From contig JBJCIZ010000028.1 in NCBI GenBank assembly GCA_051294375.1, positions 489,623-553,622 on the forward strand: DNA of 64,000 nucleotides. Direction: 5' to 3'. Under the pieces are notes generated by a model. That model was not told the origin of the DNA. It was given only the letters and a program-made list of their open reading frames with translations, and made no database searches. The position numbers were made by a program, and so were the translations under genes. Of this stretch, positions 51,401 to 62,742 are shown one piece after another. How positions within the stretch are numbered: the stretch's first letter is position 1; the number at the start of each line of letters is the position of its first letter. This DNA is from Paraspadella gotoi (taxonomy: Eukaryota; Animalia; Chaetognatha).

Positions 51401-53730
51401 TTTTTAAAATTTTTTGTGGAAATATAAGTGTATTTGTATTTTTTGTCAATATTTTTATTCACATAGCGGAATCATTTTTTAAGGCATTCCACATTACGAA
51501 ATGTGTTATTCAATCGGATGGCATCATTCGTTATCTGAGGAAAACAAACTTTTAAAAAGCTTTTCTCGTGAAGAAAGGTTGCTTATTAAAAAATGTAGAG
51601 AGACCGACAGATCTAAAAGTCACTTTATTGAGTCGCATCTTTTCCGTTTTGTCTTGTCCTTTGGCAAGAATTGTAGTTTAAATTTATTTTTGTGATGGCT
51701 TGCCAAAAAAAAAATTGAAGAAAATAAACAAATTGAAATTTGTTGGATTTTATTATTTTCTCTAATAATACCTAAAAAACTGAAGATTGTTATTTTTTTT
51801 CTTTCAATTTTTATGACGAGGCCAAAACCAAAAACTAAAAGATTCATCGCGACCTCCCCAACAACGACCTCCACCCAAACCACCTCTTTTCCTTCCACTC
51901 CCTCTGCAACAGACGAGGGTGGTCAGATCAGCGCCCAAGTTCCCTTCAAACTTCCCATCAGTCACGACGCTCCCATCTCCTCGATGGATCGGAATCCTTT
52001 CATAAACAATCTCCTCTTGGCGACCGGCGGAACGAGGTTCACTTTGCTGAAGGTAATTATCTGGCAGAAAGAGAGATGGACAGACAAACAGACCGACTGA
52101 TGGGCGGAACGAGGTTCACTTTGCCGAAGGTAATTATCTGGCAGAAAGAGAGATGGACGGACCGACTGATGGGCGGAACNNNNNNNNNNNNNNNNNNNNN
52201 NNNNNNNNNNNNNNNNNNNNNNNNNNNNNNNNNNNNNNNNNNNNNNNNNNNNNNNNNNNNNNNNNNNNNNNNNNNNNNNNNNNNNNNNNNNNNNNNNNNN
52301 NNNNNNNNNNNNNNNNNNNNNNNNNNNNNNNNNNNNNNNNNNNNNNNNNNNNNNNNNNNNNNNNNNNNNNNNNNNNNNNNNNNNNNNNNNNNNNNNNNNN
52401 NNNNNNNNNNNNNNNNNNNNNNNNNNNNNNNNNNNNNNNNNNNNNNNNNNNNNNNNNNNNNNNNNNNNNNNNNNNNNNNNNNNNNNNNNNNNNNNNNNNN
52501 NNNNNNNNNNNNNNNNNNNNNNNNNNNNNNNNNNNNNNNNNNNNNNNNNNNNNNNNNNNNNNNNNNNNNNNNNNNNNNNNNNNNNNNNNNNNNNNNNNNN
52601 NNNNNNNNNNNNNNNNNNNNNNNNNNNNNNNNNNNNNNNNNNNNNNNNNNNNNNNNNNNNNNNNNNNNNNNNNNNNNNNNNNNNNNNNNNNNNNNNNNNN
52701 NNNNNNNNNNNNNNNNNNNNNNNNNNNNNNNNNNNNNNNNNNNNNNNNNNNNNNNNNNNNNNNNNNNNNNNNNNNNNNNNNNNNNNNNNNNNNNNNNNNN
52801 NNNNNNNNNNNNNNNNNNNNNNNNNNNNNNNNNNNNNNNNNNNNNNNNNNNNNNNNNNNNNNNNNNNNNNNNNNNNNNNNNNNNNNNNNNNNNNNNNNNN
52901 NNNNNNNNNNNNNNNNNNNNNNNNNNNNNNNNNNNNNNNNNNCTGATGGGCAGAACGAGGTTCACTTTGCTGACAGACAGACGGACGGACGGACCAACCG
53001 ATGGGCGGAACGAGGTATACTTTGATGAAGGTAATAGAGAGATAGAGATAGNNNNNNNNNNNNNNNNNNNNNNNNNNNNNNNNNNNNNNNNNNNNNNNNN
53101 NNNNNNNNNNNNNNNNNNNNNNNNNNNNNNNNNNNNNNNNNNNNNNNNNNNNNNNNNNNNNNNNNNNNNNNNNNNNNNNNNNNNNNNNNNNNNNNNNNNN
53201 NNNNNNNNNNNNNNNNNNNNNNNNNNNNNNNNNNNNNNNNNACAGACTATTATACAAAGATAATATTAATGAGAAAAAAATTAGAATGGCGGGGGCCATT
53301 TTGACGCAGGGACAGACGGACCTTGCTAAACTTTGTATAATTTTTACAAGCAAATAACTCGTGCTTGCCCCTTCATTATTCTTTTTTTTTTCAGGAAGAA
53401 GTGACGGAAGCCGAGTTGTTCCACGGTCAAGCACCGCACTCGGCCTTCAAATTCCTCTGCTCCAAATGGTTTCATTGATTGATCGATTGGTTGATTGAAT
53501 CATTCATTCATTGATCAATGATCATTACCACCTCCTCCCCTTTCCTCCTTTCTCCACTTCCTCTTCCTCCTCCCCTCCCTCCACCTCCTCATCTTCCTCC
53601 TCCTCCTCCTCCCAGGTCTCCAACTCGTCCGTCCGTCTTCTTCCTCGGCCGCTCAGACGGGACCGTGGACATCTGGGACATTCTTGAGAGATGCGACAAG
53701 CCGGTCGCCAGCCAGCAGATCAATACTTAT

Positions 53731-53770
<40 letters not shown>

Positions 53771-56700
53771 TGGCCGCTTGCTTGCCTTATCCTTGGTTCA
53801 CGATCACGAAAATGTTCTATTTCGTGAAAAAAGCTTGCTTAACCGCTTACACTTTTTATTACCAATGCTCTATACTCTTCCTCGATCACCCCGGCGAAAA
53901 ATGCTTGCTTCCTTTACTGCTTGCGTTTGCCAAATTGCTTTCCTATTTCCAGATCACAGCCATGTGCCTCTTGCCCGTCAACAAACGCCTTCAACTCTTG
54001 GCCATCGGCGACGNNNNNNNNNNNNNNNNNNNNNNNNNAACAGTAAGAGCACGGACTCCTACATGCTTACCTGAACGCTTGCTGATAACAGTAGACACGC
54101 GGCCACCTCCACATGCTTTTTACCTGATGCTTGCTGATAACAGTAGACAAGCGGACCCTCACGATGCTTACTGATGCTTGCTGATCGTAGACAAGCGGAA
54201 CCTCCTCGATGCTTACCTGATGCTTGCTGATCGCAGTAGACAAAGCGGAACCTCCACGATCTGAGGACTCCTTTTTCGTCGCCGATGGCGCGAAGAGTTG
54301 AAGGCGTTTGTTGACGGCAAGCAGGGCACATGGCTTTGATCTGGAATAGGAAAGCAATTGGCAACGCAAGCAGTAAAGGGAAGAAGCATTTTTCGCCGGG
54401 GTGACGAGGAAGAGTATAGGGCATTGTAATAAAAAGTGTAAGCGGTTTAAGCAAGCTTTTTTCACGAAAATTGACATTTTCGTGATCGATGAACCAAAGG
54501 ATAAGGCAGGAAGCGGCCAAGCATCATCTCTCTCTCTCCTCTCTCTCTCTCTCTCTTCTCTCACCCGATAAGTATTGGATCTGCTGGGCTGGCGACCGTT
54601 GTCGCATCTCTCAAGAGTCCCAGATGTCCACGGTCCCGTCTGAGCGGACCGAGAAGAAGACGGACGGACGATTTGGACGAAGAGGGAGAGGTAGGTGGAA
54701 GGAAGAGGAGACTATGGAGGAGTGGAGGAGGAGGAGAGGAGAGAGTGAGGAGGTGGAGGAGGGAGGAGTGAGGAGTGGAGGAGGAAGAGGAGGAGAAAGG
54801 AGGAAAGGGGAGGAAGGTGGTAATGTCAATGATCAATGAATGTAATGATTCATCAACCAATCGATCATCAATGAAACGCATTTTGGAGCAGAGGAATTTG
54901 AAGCTCGAGTGCGGTGCTGACCGTAGCGGAACAACTCGGCTTCCGTCAACTTCCTTCTGAAAAATAAAAACGAATAATGAAGGGCAAGCCACGAGTTATT
55001 TGCTTGTAAAAATTATACAAAGTTTAGCAGGTCCCGTCTGTCCTCAGTCCGTAAAATGCCCCGCGCATTCTCATTTTTTTTTCATAATATTATCTTTGTA
55101 TAATAGTCTGTCCATCTGTCCATTCTCTTTTTCTGTCCCGTTAATCTCTATCGTCTACTCTCTATTACCCTTCATCAAAGTATACTCGTTCCGCGCCCAT
55201 CGGTTGGTCGTCCGTCCGTCTGTCTGTCCAGCAAAAAGTGAACCTCGTTCTGCCCATCAGTCGGTCTATTCCATCTGTCTGGTCTCTCTTTCTGCCAGTA
55301 TTATACTTCAGCAATAGTGAACCTCGTCCGCCATCAGTCTGTCGGTTCGTTTGGTCTGTCTTTCTTTCTGCAAGATAATTACCTTCAAGCAAAGTGAACC
55401 TCGTTCTGCCCACAGTCGGTCTTTTCCAGTCTGTCCGTCTCTCTTTCTGGCCAGATAATTACCTTCAGCAAAAAGTGAACTCGTTCCACCCATCAGTCTG
55501 TCGGTTCGTTTGTCTGGTCTCTCTTTCTGCCAGATAATTACCGTTCAGCAAAGTGAACCTCGTCTGCCCATCAGTACGGTCTATCCGTCTGTCCCGTCTT
55601 CTCTTTCTGCCAGAATAATTACCTTCTGCAAAGTGAACCTCGTTCCACCCCATTCCAGTCGGCTGTTCGTTTGTCTGTCTCTCTTTCGCAGATAATTACC
55701 TTCAGCAAAGTGAACCTCGTTCTGCCCATTCAGTCCGGTTAATCCGTCTGTCCCGTAATCTCTTTCTGCAGATAATTACCTTCAGCACAGTGAACCTCGT
55801 TCCATCCCATCAGTCCGGTCTGTTCGTTGTCTGTTCTCTCTTTCTGTCAATAATTGACCTTCAGCAAAGTGAAACCTCGTTCCACCGCAATCAGTCCGTC
55901 TGTACATCTCTCTTCTGCCAGAATAATTACATTCACAAAGTGAACCTCGTTCCCCATCAGTCCCGTCTGTACATCTCTCTTTTCTGCCCCGAGTAATTAC
56001 CTTCAGAAAAAGTGAACCTCGTTCCACCCCATCAGTCCGTGCTGTACAATCTCTTCTTTCTGCCAGATAATTAACTTCAAGCAAGTGAACCTGCGTTCCG
56101 CCCATCAGTCCTGTCGGTCGTTTGGTCATGACTCTCTTTCTGCCCCAGATATTACCTCAGCCAAGTGACCCTCGTTCTGCCCATCAAGTCGGTTCCTAAA
56201 TCCGTCTGTCCGTCTCTCTTTCTGGCGATAATTACCTTCAGCAAAGTGGACCTCGTCCACCATCAGTCGGTCTGTTTCGTTTGTCTGTCTCTCTTTCTGC
56301 CAGATAATTTACCTTCAGCAAAGTGTACCTCGTCTGCCCATCAGTCGGTCCTATCCGTTCTGTCCGTCTCTCTTTCTGCACAATCCATTACTTCCCGAAA
56401 GTGAACCTCGTTCCACCATCAGTCCGTCTGTTCTTGTCTGTCCTCTTTCTGCAGATAATTTCCCTTCAGGCAATAGTGCAACCTCGTTCCACCCATGCAT
56501 CCGTCTGTTCGTTTGTCTGTCTCTCTTTCTGTACAGATATTACCTTCAGCAAAGTAACCCCTCCCCTCGTTCCACCCATCAGTCGTCTGTTGCATCAGCA
56601 AGCATCAGGTAAGCATCGTGGAGGTTCCGCTCATCTACTGTTATCAGCAAGCGTCAGGTAAGCATCGTGGAGGTTCCGCTTGTCTACTGCATCAGCAAGC

Positions 56701-57661
56701 ATCAGGCAAGCAATCGATAATGAGTGGGTCCACGCGGCGTCCGAATCTTTTAAAATTTGATATTTAATCGTTCATATTCAAGATTTATTATTTAATATTT
56801 ACACTTGATATTAAATATTTTTTTACATTTTATTCAATATTTAGGTTTCAAAAAAAAAACGTTGCCAATAAAGACTGCGGTTTTAAAGCTGAGCTATTCC
56901 ATTAAAGCACGTCATGTTTCGATTTTCCATCGCCAACATTCATAACATTCTCCAAAGTTGCTATACACTTCATACAATATTCAATGCATATTGTATATTG
57001 TATTATATTGTATCATCTGTATATACATTCTTCACGCAGAATGACCTCGAAGCTTTGGAAAAGTTTATCGAGCGAGAAAGCACGAGAGTGAATCGACGAG
57101 AAGCGCGGTGAGAGAGAAGCGATTCACTTCTGTATTCTTTGTTTTTTGGGGTTTTTTTTTGTTTTTTAAAAATTTTTTTTTTACTTTCGCGGGTTTTTTA
57201 GATTTTCCGTTTTTTTTTAGTTTGTTTGTATCGGTTTTTGATTTTTTGTTTCGTTTTTAATTCTTATATTTATGGTTTAAATACATTTTTTGGGTTTTTT
57301 TTTTTCTGTTTTTGCTTATTTTTTTTAATTTAAAAAAAAAATAATCTGATTTTTTAATAAATTTTATTAATTTTATTATTATTTTAGTTTATAACTTTAT
57401 AATTTTTCTAAATGAATAATGATTAATGAAACAGAGAAAATTTACACATTTATTTATTTATTCTTCCAGCTACAAAGCTTTGGCGGCCAAAGGCGACGTG
57501 GAAGACGAAGTGATTCGACCCGACACAGAAGTCGCATTCACTTCCATCTACGAAATTCCGGGGGTGAGTTAATTTTAACGACTCACCTTTTTGNNNNNNN
57601 NNNNNNNNNNNNNNNNNNCGGGGGCGGGTGAGTTTTGGAGAAAGGGAGAGAGTTTTGAAGA

Positions 57662-57703
<42 letters not shown>

Positions 57704-60700
57704 AATGTCTCTTTTAGCCACGATAATATCTTAAAAAATAAAAAAATTGTACTGCTGCTACATCAAGAACATAACCATTTATTAAATTGGTACAACCAAT
57801 ATAAAAATTATCCATTCATTTAATAAATAAGCTATCTTGCCCCTGACTTTGGACAGGCTTTGGTGGTTTAAGGCCTCCATCACACTTACAAGATTATAAC
57901 ATAGCAGGTTTCTGCAAGCTTTCAATCAAGACTCTCTCACAGTCTTATTTATTCACTCCAGTGAACCTGGCTTCCCTATCAATGAAGTGGTATAATATTA
58001 TATTATTATATATATATATATTATATATATTGAAGCGATGATAAAATCGAGGAATATATTTTCGGAAGGAAAAATCAGCATCAAAACAATCGAGGCATCG
58101 AACGAACTAAAATTCGAATCTTTTCGCAGAGGGCGAAGAGAGAGAAAACAAATGATCACTGCAGCCCCCCCCAGTGACTCGCCCGATGGGCGTGGAACGA
58201 AAATAAAGTAATCTCGAATTAAGGATAACTGAAAGTCAAATGTTCAAATCACAGGTAAAAAAAAATCAAATGACGAAAAGTTAAAATGGCGAAAAATCCT
58301 CCTGTTGTAAGAATTGCTGGAAGGACGGAAGTTAGGAAGATCGTGGCCGCGGTCTCGCGGAGCCTGAGGGCGGGCCGGCGCACGGCAGGCGCAGCAACCT
58401 GTACATTCTCAGCGTATCGGAATTTCCGGTGGGTGGGAGACGAAATCCCCAGGAAGTGTGAGCGTGTCGCCGTAAACAAGCTCTGCTACTGATGCGTTGA
58501 GGTCTTCCCTTGGGCGTTGTGCGCAGCCCCAAAAGGACCAGGCAACTGGTCATCAGTTGCTATCGTAAAGTCGCGCTCGGAGGGAAGCTTTCAAGTCACG
58601 GTGGATCCTTTCCACCATTCCGTTGGATTGCGGGTGGAATGCTGTAGTGTGAATGAGCCGGAGTCCCCAGGAGTTCGCCGAGTTGCGTCCAGACAGCGGA
58701 AGTAAATTGCGCACGGGCCCGCGGTCCGACGTAATGCGCCGTGGGGACGCCGAAACGGCTGATCCAAGACGAGAGAAGCGCACGCGCGAGAGTTAAGGCC
58801 GATGTGTCGCGGACTGGAATAAACCTCTGGCCAGCGCGTGAAGCGGTCAACTATCGTGAAGCAAGTGTCTGTATCCTTGAGACGCAGGAAGAGGCCCAAC
58901 GACATCAACATGGATGTGCTGGAATCGTTTTTCGGGCGGCGTGAACTCATGGAGTGGCGCTGCAGCTTGACGGTCAATTTTAGCACGTTGGCAAGCCGTG
59001 CACGCACGAGTCCATGCAGCAACATCTTTGCAGACGGAGGCCATACGTAGCGGTGGGTGACGAGTTGTCTCGAAGCCTTAACTCCCGGATGCGACAGCCA
59101 TAGTACAGCGTCAAAAACACGCCGGCGCCAATTCTTTGGGACAAGCGGGCGAGCGGATTCCGTTGACGTATCGCAGAGGACATTGGAGGAGCCGAGAATC
59201 ACATCCTGGAGTCGAAGACCTGTCGAGGGGTTATGTCGTAAGCGCTGTAGTTCGTTCGTCTGTGGTTGATCGTCGGCAAGGGCCGCAAAATCGATGCCGG
59301 CGCCTACTGAGCCGATGACGATGCGCGAAAGCTGCGTCGGCTACTACATTCTTTTTTCCTTCTATGTGACGAATGTCAGTAGTAAATTCAAGCAATGGCA
59401 CTGAGTGGGCGACTGTGCGGTCGCTCACGGGTCCTTTGTCATGGAGAGCGATGGAATGAGCGATGTTTTGGTCCGTGTAGAGAGTAAAAGGACGACCGTA
59501 GAGATAATGCGGAAGTGGCGCGTCGCAAGATGGGCGGCCAAGGCAGTTCGCGGTCATAAGCGGATCGTGAAGCCTCTGAAGTTGTAAGTTTACGGCTGAA
59601 AAAGCAAGAGGACGCCATGTGCCACCAATGTACTGCTCCAATACCGCGCCGACGGCCAGATCGGAGCGTCGACCGTTAAGAGCATGTCCGTCCTCTCGCT
59701 CCACTGGGTGGACAAGGAGAGCTGGCAGATGCCAGCGCATTTTTCGCGGCGTTGAAGGCGTCGATGGTCGAGCAGACCATAAAAGCTGGCCTTTCTTTTG
59801 CTTCGTGAAGCTCGTGCAGTGGTGCAAGGATCTGGCGGCGCGTGAGGAATGAACGCGATGATAAAAGTTTATCGATGCCGAGAAAACGGGAAGGCCGGCG
59901 GAGTCTGTATGGACGCGGAAAAACGCTGGACTGCGTCCACCTTCTCGGGAAGGGTGGTGATCCTTCGGCGCTGACGCGATGTCGCAGAAAATCGACGGAA
60001 GAGGCCACCAAAACGCATTTTGCCTTGTTGACGACAAGGCCGTACTCTTCGAGGCGGTCAAGAGAAGTGAAAAGGTGGCGTCGGTGTTCAGCCTTGTCGA
60101 CGCTAGCAACGAGGATATCGTCCAGGTAGACGAAAACAAAGTCAAGTCCCCGGCAGACGTGATCCATGAGCCGTTGGAATGACTCGCCGGCGTTCTTAAG
60201 TCCGAAAGGCATACGCGGAAATTCCCAAAGGCCAAAAGGGGTGGTGACAGCTGTCTTTTTGATATCCTCAAGTGCGACCGGAATCTGGTGATATCCTTTC
60301 ACCAGATCGATTTGGAAAATATTGTTTTCCGGCCAGGTTGGCCGGTGAAATCCTGAAGTGCGGAGATTGGGTATCGGTCATCGTCAGAGACGCAGTTCAG
60401 ACGGCGGAAATCCCCGCATGGGCGGACGCCTGCCATCTGGTTTTGGAACGACATGTAAGGGTGAGGCCCACGGACTGTTTGAGCGGCGACTATGCCTGCC
60501 GCTTCCATTGCTTCAAATTCTTTTTTTACTTGCGCGAGTTTTTTCTGGTGAAAGTCGACGAGGACGCCGCAAAAACTGGCGGGCCGTTCGTAACAATGTG
60601 GTGGAAAACGGCGCGTGCTTTGGCATCTCGCGGAGTCAAAAGTCGGCTGCTTGTTAGTAGCGCTGGTCGTTCGGCAAGTAGCTGCTCAAACTCGTTTGTT

Positions 60701-62742
60701 TGATATTGGCGACGATCCTCGTCGGGGCATCGTCGGAAGCACGGGCCGCCGATTGTTTCAAAGGTCGTAGCATCGAGTAGTCATCGATTACGTAGGTCAA
60801 CCAGCGCAGCGCATGCTGGCGGAGAAAATCTGCCGCCAAGTATTGGACGGACAACGTCGGCAATGACAAAACGACCCGTTAGTCGTTTGAAGTAAGGCGG
60901 AGAGACATTAACGGGTCCCATACGATTGGATTCGCCGCTCATCGCGGCGTAGAGCGAGGATTCGAAGCGGCTCTCTGGCGCCGTCATAGTTTGATGGCGG
61001 AAGAAGGCTGACTTCTGCGCCCGTGTCAACGAAGAAAATCTAATCCAGAGTCAAAATCGTGAACTGTTAGGAGAGGCGTGCGTTGCCGACCGTGTTCACC
61101 TCGGTCGGACGGCCCGGGCCGTTTCCCGGCAACCAGGCACACGGCTGGCGACAGTTGCGAGCGCGGGCACCAAATCCGCGTGAAAGAACAAAAATCCGAA
61201 AATCCGTGCTCATCCGTGCCATCGAGGCATAATTCTTTTTAGTCGGCGTCGGCACCCTTTTGATCGGCGCGGCGGCTCCTTTGAAACCGCGGTTGCCGCC
61301 TCGCCGGCGACGAGAAAAAGGATGCTGCTGCCTGCCGAGCGGCGTCCGCAGCGTCGGGGCAGCCGAAAGCGTGAGTGGAAGTTAGGTGATCCAACGTTGG
61401 ATGAGAGATAGCGGACACTGGCGCTGAACGAGCAGACTCGCGGCGTTTTTATGGCTGCAACGGCCGGCGTCCACGTCGGCCGGAGGGAAAGAAGAGAGGA
61501 ATTTTGAATGAGCTCCTCCGGCGTACTGGTTAGCTATAATGGCGACGGCAATCTGATCGAGGAAAGACCGGCGATGTCTTCGCTTGACTCGCCGCGCCGA
61601 AATCCTCAATGCCTTCGCCGCGGTCGCCGCCGTAAAGTAGAGATTGCGCAAGGGGAAAGGCGGCTCCGGTGTAAAACGCTTGCGGATTTCGGCGACAAGT
61701 TGCTCATAGGCCGCTCGGTTGGACGTTCGAGCGCGACGGTGTCGTAGTCGCGTCAACTGACAGCGCGATGTCAGCTTTGCGACGAAGATGGTAGTACTTA
61801 TGTACGGAGGAGGAGACACGGCGGATTGCGAAAATTGCCTCGCAACGCTGGATGCCAAGCGACCGGCGATTCTTCGTCCATTCGGTAGTGCAATGTTTAC
61901 GTGGCTTACATTTGCGTCGGATAGCCATGTCGGTGTTCGTGTCGGTTGCGTGTTCGTCGGTGGTTGACATTCTACTTGGTCAACTGAACGTCGCAGGTCA
62001 ACATATGAAGCGATGATAAAATCGAGAATAGTATTTTCGGAAGGAAAAATCAGCCATCAAAACAATCGAGGCATCGAACGAACTAAAATTCGAATCTTTT
62101 CGCAGAGGGCGAAGAGAGAGAAAACAAATGATCACTGCAATATTTATCATTTAATTTTATTTTCAATTTTTTAAGGAGAACGTTCTCTAACCCCGTCTAC
62201 TCCGATAGAATTCAACAGCGCGTCCGCCTTTGATTTCGCCCTCAAAAAAATTGGCAGGCGATCTCCATTTGACAAAATGTCGGGTGGGAAAAATTTTTAT
62301 CTGCTTTTATAAATTTATAGAATAATAATTGACAGATTTGCGCGTTGATACCTGTGCAATTTAGATCTATCAATAATTAATTATTTTAACATAATATTCT
62401 AGGTTTTAATGTCTTTCTATATATCAATATTATCTATCTGTATCCATCTTTCTCCCCAGGATTACGTCAATCTATGTTATCTAATCTAATCTAATCTAAT
62501 CTAATCTAATCTATAATCTAAATCTTAATTCCATCATCCATCCATCCATTCTCCCCCAGGATTACGTCAATCTCAGAGACGCAACTCTCGATCAAGTTTT
62601 GGGGTCGCGTGAGAAAAACGAGCGAAGATTGGCGCCGCAACCCGATGTTGGATTTGGACATTTGACAAAAAACAAGGAATGGAAAGGGGAAAAGCAAGGA
62701 CATAGCCATGGGAGGAGACAAAGGATTGACAGGGAAGAATAA
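24461..62742 (+). CDS. DNAI3: Axonemal dynein intermediate chain, inner arm I1/f IC140 type (WD40), roughly 1150-1200 aa
   Basis: Exons in compatible phases: 24461-24533/6, 24817-25027, 25245-25356, 25640-25722, 26111-26220, 26385-26527, 27147-27228, 27804-27891, 28194-28262, 28926-29063, 34574-34694, 35566-35623, 36059-36207, 36832-36980, 37550-37648 (1-nt indel), 38230-38282, 38507-38611, 38776-38843, 41580-41712, 43004-43055, ~43735-43891 (noisy), 44559-44699, 45552-45693, 51122-51267, 51913-52052, 53395-53468, 53616-53733, 53953-gap, 57040-57107, 57470-57563, 62209-62283, 62560-. Motifs match recalled WDR63/DNAI3: PWTSLGSEREV, CVDFHPT, LLWNVFDPVFPKLVLSAPEDV, GGCFNGQIALWDL, TKFHIGTGDGQV, HDAPI..MDRNPF, WSPTRPSVFFLGRSDGTVDIWD. 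The end is uncertain: stop at 62742, or a donor at 62609 joining an exon near 63540-63598. Confidence 0.9.
26565..26715. repeat. 34-bp minisatellite, ~4 units
   Basis: Unit GAAATGGCGATTGGAGTGGCGTTTAGAATTAGAT. Confidence 0.85.
30185..33100 (-). CDS. Nested antisense gene in DNAI3 intron 29064-34573: Lys/Arg/Glu/Ala-rich protein with a C-terminal transmembrane anchor
   Basis: Exon ~33100-32717 (…EMEDWEAVIERERRR…LREKHKHGEHRRKK), exon 30971-30700 (AARHLRERYRL…RWRRIAGACK, donor GTTTTC in phase 2) and exon 30284-30185 (RWWKTTGIIVVCAFVGIVAFHAILYLIVYVAIQ*). The last junction is in frame. The first junction is off by one base if the strongest donor is used. Start codon uncertain. Confidence 0.6.
34201..34420 (+). 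mobile_element. Most complete copy of the ~200-bp interspersed repeat family, preceded by a decayed copy at ~33990-34200
   Basis: Runs from ATGAAATTGGTACAACC to ATCAATGAAATGGTATAATAT. Confidence 0.9.
34860..35535. repeat. TGAATGTCTAAA/TGAACGAA compound minisatellite in a DNAI3 intron
   Basis: 12-, 20- and 32-bp unit variants repeated over ~670 bp. Confidence 0.95.
37372..37518 (-). mobile_element. Inverted copy of the ~200-bp interspersed repeat family
   Basis: Reverse complement of the family core (ttgattgaaagcttg...tgtccaaagtcagggg...tattggttgtaccaat). Confidence 0.85.
38582..38682 (+). repeat. 34-bp tandem repeat (3 units) spanning a DNAI3 donor site
   Basis: GATAGATC..T.GGA.AGA.TGTTGTTCAG|GT; donor copies at 38612, 38646 and 38680. 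Confidence 0.9.
38960..41520. other. Error-rich repeat of 37130-38950, probably read-derived artefact
   Basis: Garbled copies of exons 37550, 38507 and 38776 at ~39460, ~40437 and ~40805, in the same order. Confidence 0.75.
42681..42866 (+). mobile_element. Copy of the ~200-bp interspersed repeat family
   Basis: Near-identical core to 34201-34420. Confidence 0.9.
43105..43812 (+). repeat. ~150-bp tandem repeat (~5 noisy units) spanning a DNAI3 acceptor and exon start
   Basis: Recurring (CT)n...TCCAG GCGCCCGCGGAAG..GTCCGGATCC..AAGAAA.AAACAG...AAACTCAAC. Only the last unit continues into GSVDGSHADR. Confidence 0.7.
44285..44475. repeat. ~46-50-bp minisatellite
   Basis: Unit GATACATTCCGGTTAATTGATTGATTGAAGG.TAGTTTGATTGAT. 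Confidence 0.85.
45121..45265 (+). mobile_element. Second Penelope-like pLTR fragment with an internally deleted hammerhead
   Basis: Resembles 15790-15870 (ttgttgtacatt.ca..atgtattat) and ends CTGAAGA-GTCGAAACATGTC. The noisy copy at 47083-47118 retains GACTCG. Confidence 0.5.
45800..50930. other. Error-rich duplicated segment(s), probably gap-fill artefact; may hide one DNAI3 exon near 49115-49220
   Basis: Garbled copies of exons 44559 (46157), 45552 (~47890) and 51122 (~50280-50545). 48230-49084 repeats 49110-49900. Confidence 0.75.
52026..53035 (+). repeat. 69-80-bp minisatellite spanning a DNAI3 donor, mostly hidden in the N gap
   Basis: GGCGGAACGAGGTTCACTTTGCTGAAG|GTAATTATCTGGCAGAAAGAGAGA... 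seen on both sides of the gap. The inverted copy at 55240-56585 shows roughly 17 units. Confidence 0.9.
54039..56585 (-). other. Inverted, error-rich duplicate of ~52030-54013 plus the adjacent gap content, probably a fold-back read
   Basis: Reverse-complement copies of exons 53953, 53616 and 53395 and the donor minisatellite in mirrored order, with many 1-nt indels. Confidence 0.8.
56590..56712 (+). repeat. 48-49-bp tandem repeat spanning a DNAI3 donor
   Basis: ATCGTGGAGGTTCCGCTTGTCTACTG..ATCAGCAAGCATCAG|GTAAGC (IVEVPLVY..); also ~4 inverted units at 54040-54260. Confidence 0.8.
57781..57998 (+). mobile_element. Copy of the ~200-bp interspersed repeat family with a (TA)n tail
   Basis: Full-length match to 34201-34420, followed by the TA-rich tract that holds the LTR element. 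Confidence 0.9.
58031..62139 (-). mobile_element. Full-length Ty3/Gypsy LTR retrotransposon, CsRn1-like clade, in a DNAI3 intron
   Basis: LTRs 58031-58163 and 62006-62139 (TG...CA); ATAT at 58027-58030 and 62140-62143; PPT CTGGGGGGGG; degenerate tRNA-Trp-like PBS TGTTGACCTGCGACG. Domains in order: gag (EAIF..KYYH; FGARARNCRQPC), PR (FVDTGAEVS), RT (YLDD), RH, IN (HPGV, HVDVVGPLP, HPQSNGMVER). Many frameshifts. Confidence 0.95.

Noticed and set aside
22831-53765. (GA)n at intron starts pairing with (CT)n at intron ends to bridge splice sites
   Set aside because: GA tracts after donors are common here, but matching CT tracts in the same intron are not consistently present.
55240-56585. Regularly spaced repeats that resemble a CRISPR array
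   Set aside because: The spacer-like parts are themselves repeated, the unit derives from a DNAI3 exon end and donor, the context is eukaryotic, and no cas genes are present.
54039-56585. Inverted duplication of DNAI3 exons as a natural antisense or hairpin locus
   Set aside because: It starts at a gap, mirrors adjacent sequence and is full of 1-nt indels, as expected of a fold-back long read. Needs accurate reads before any biological claim.
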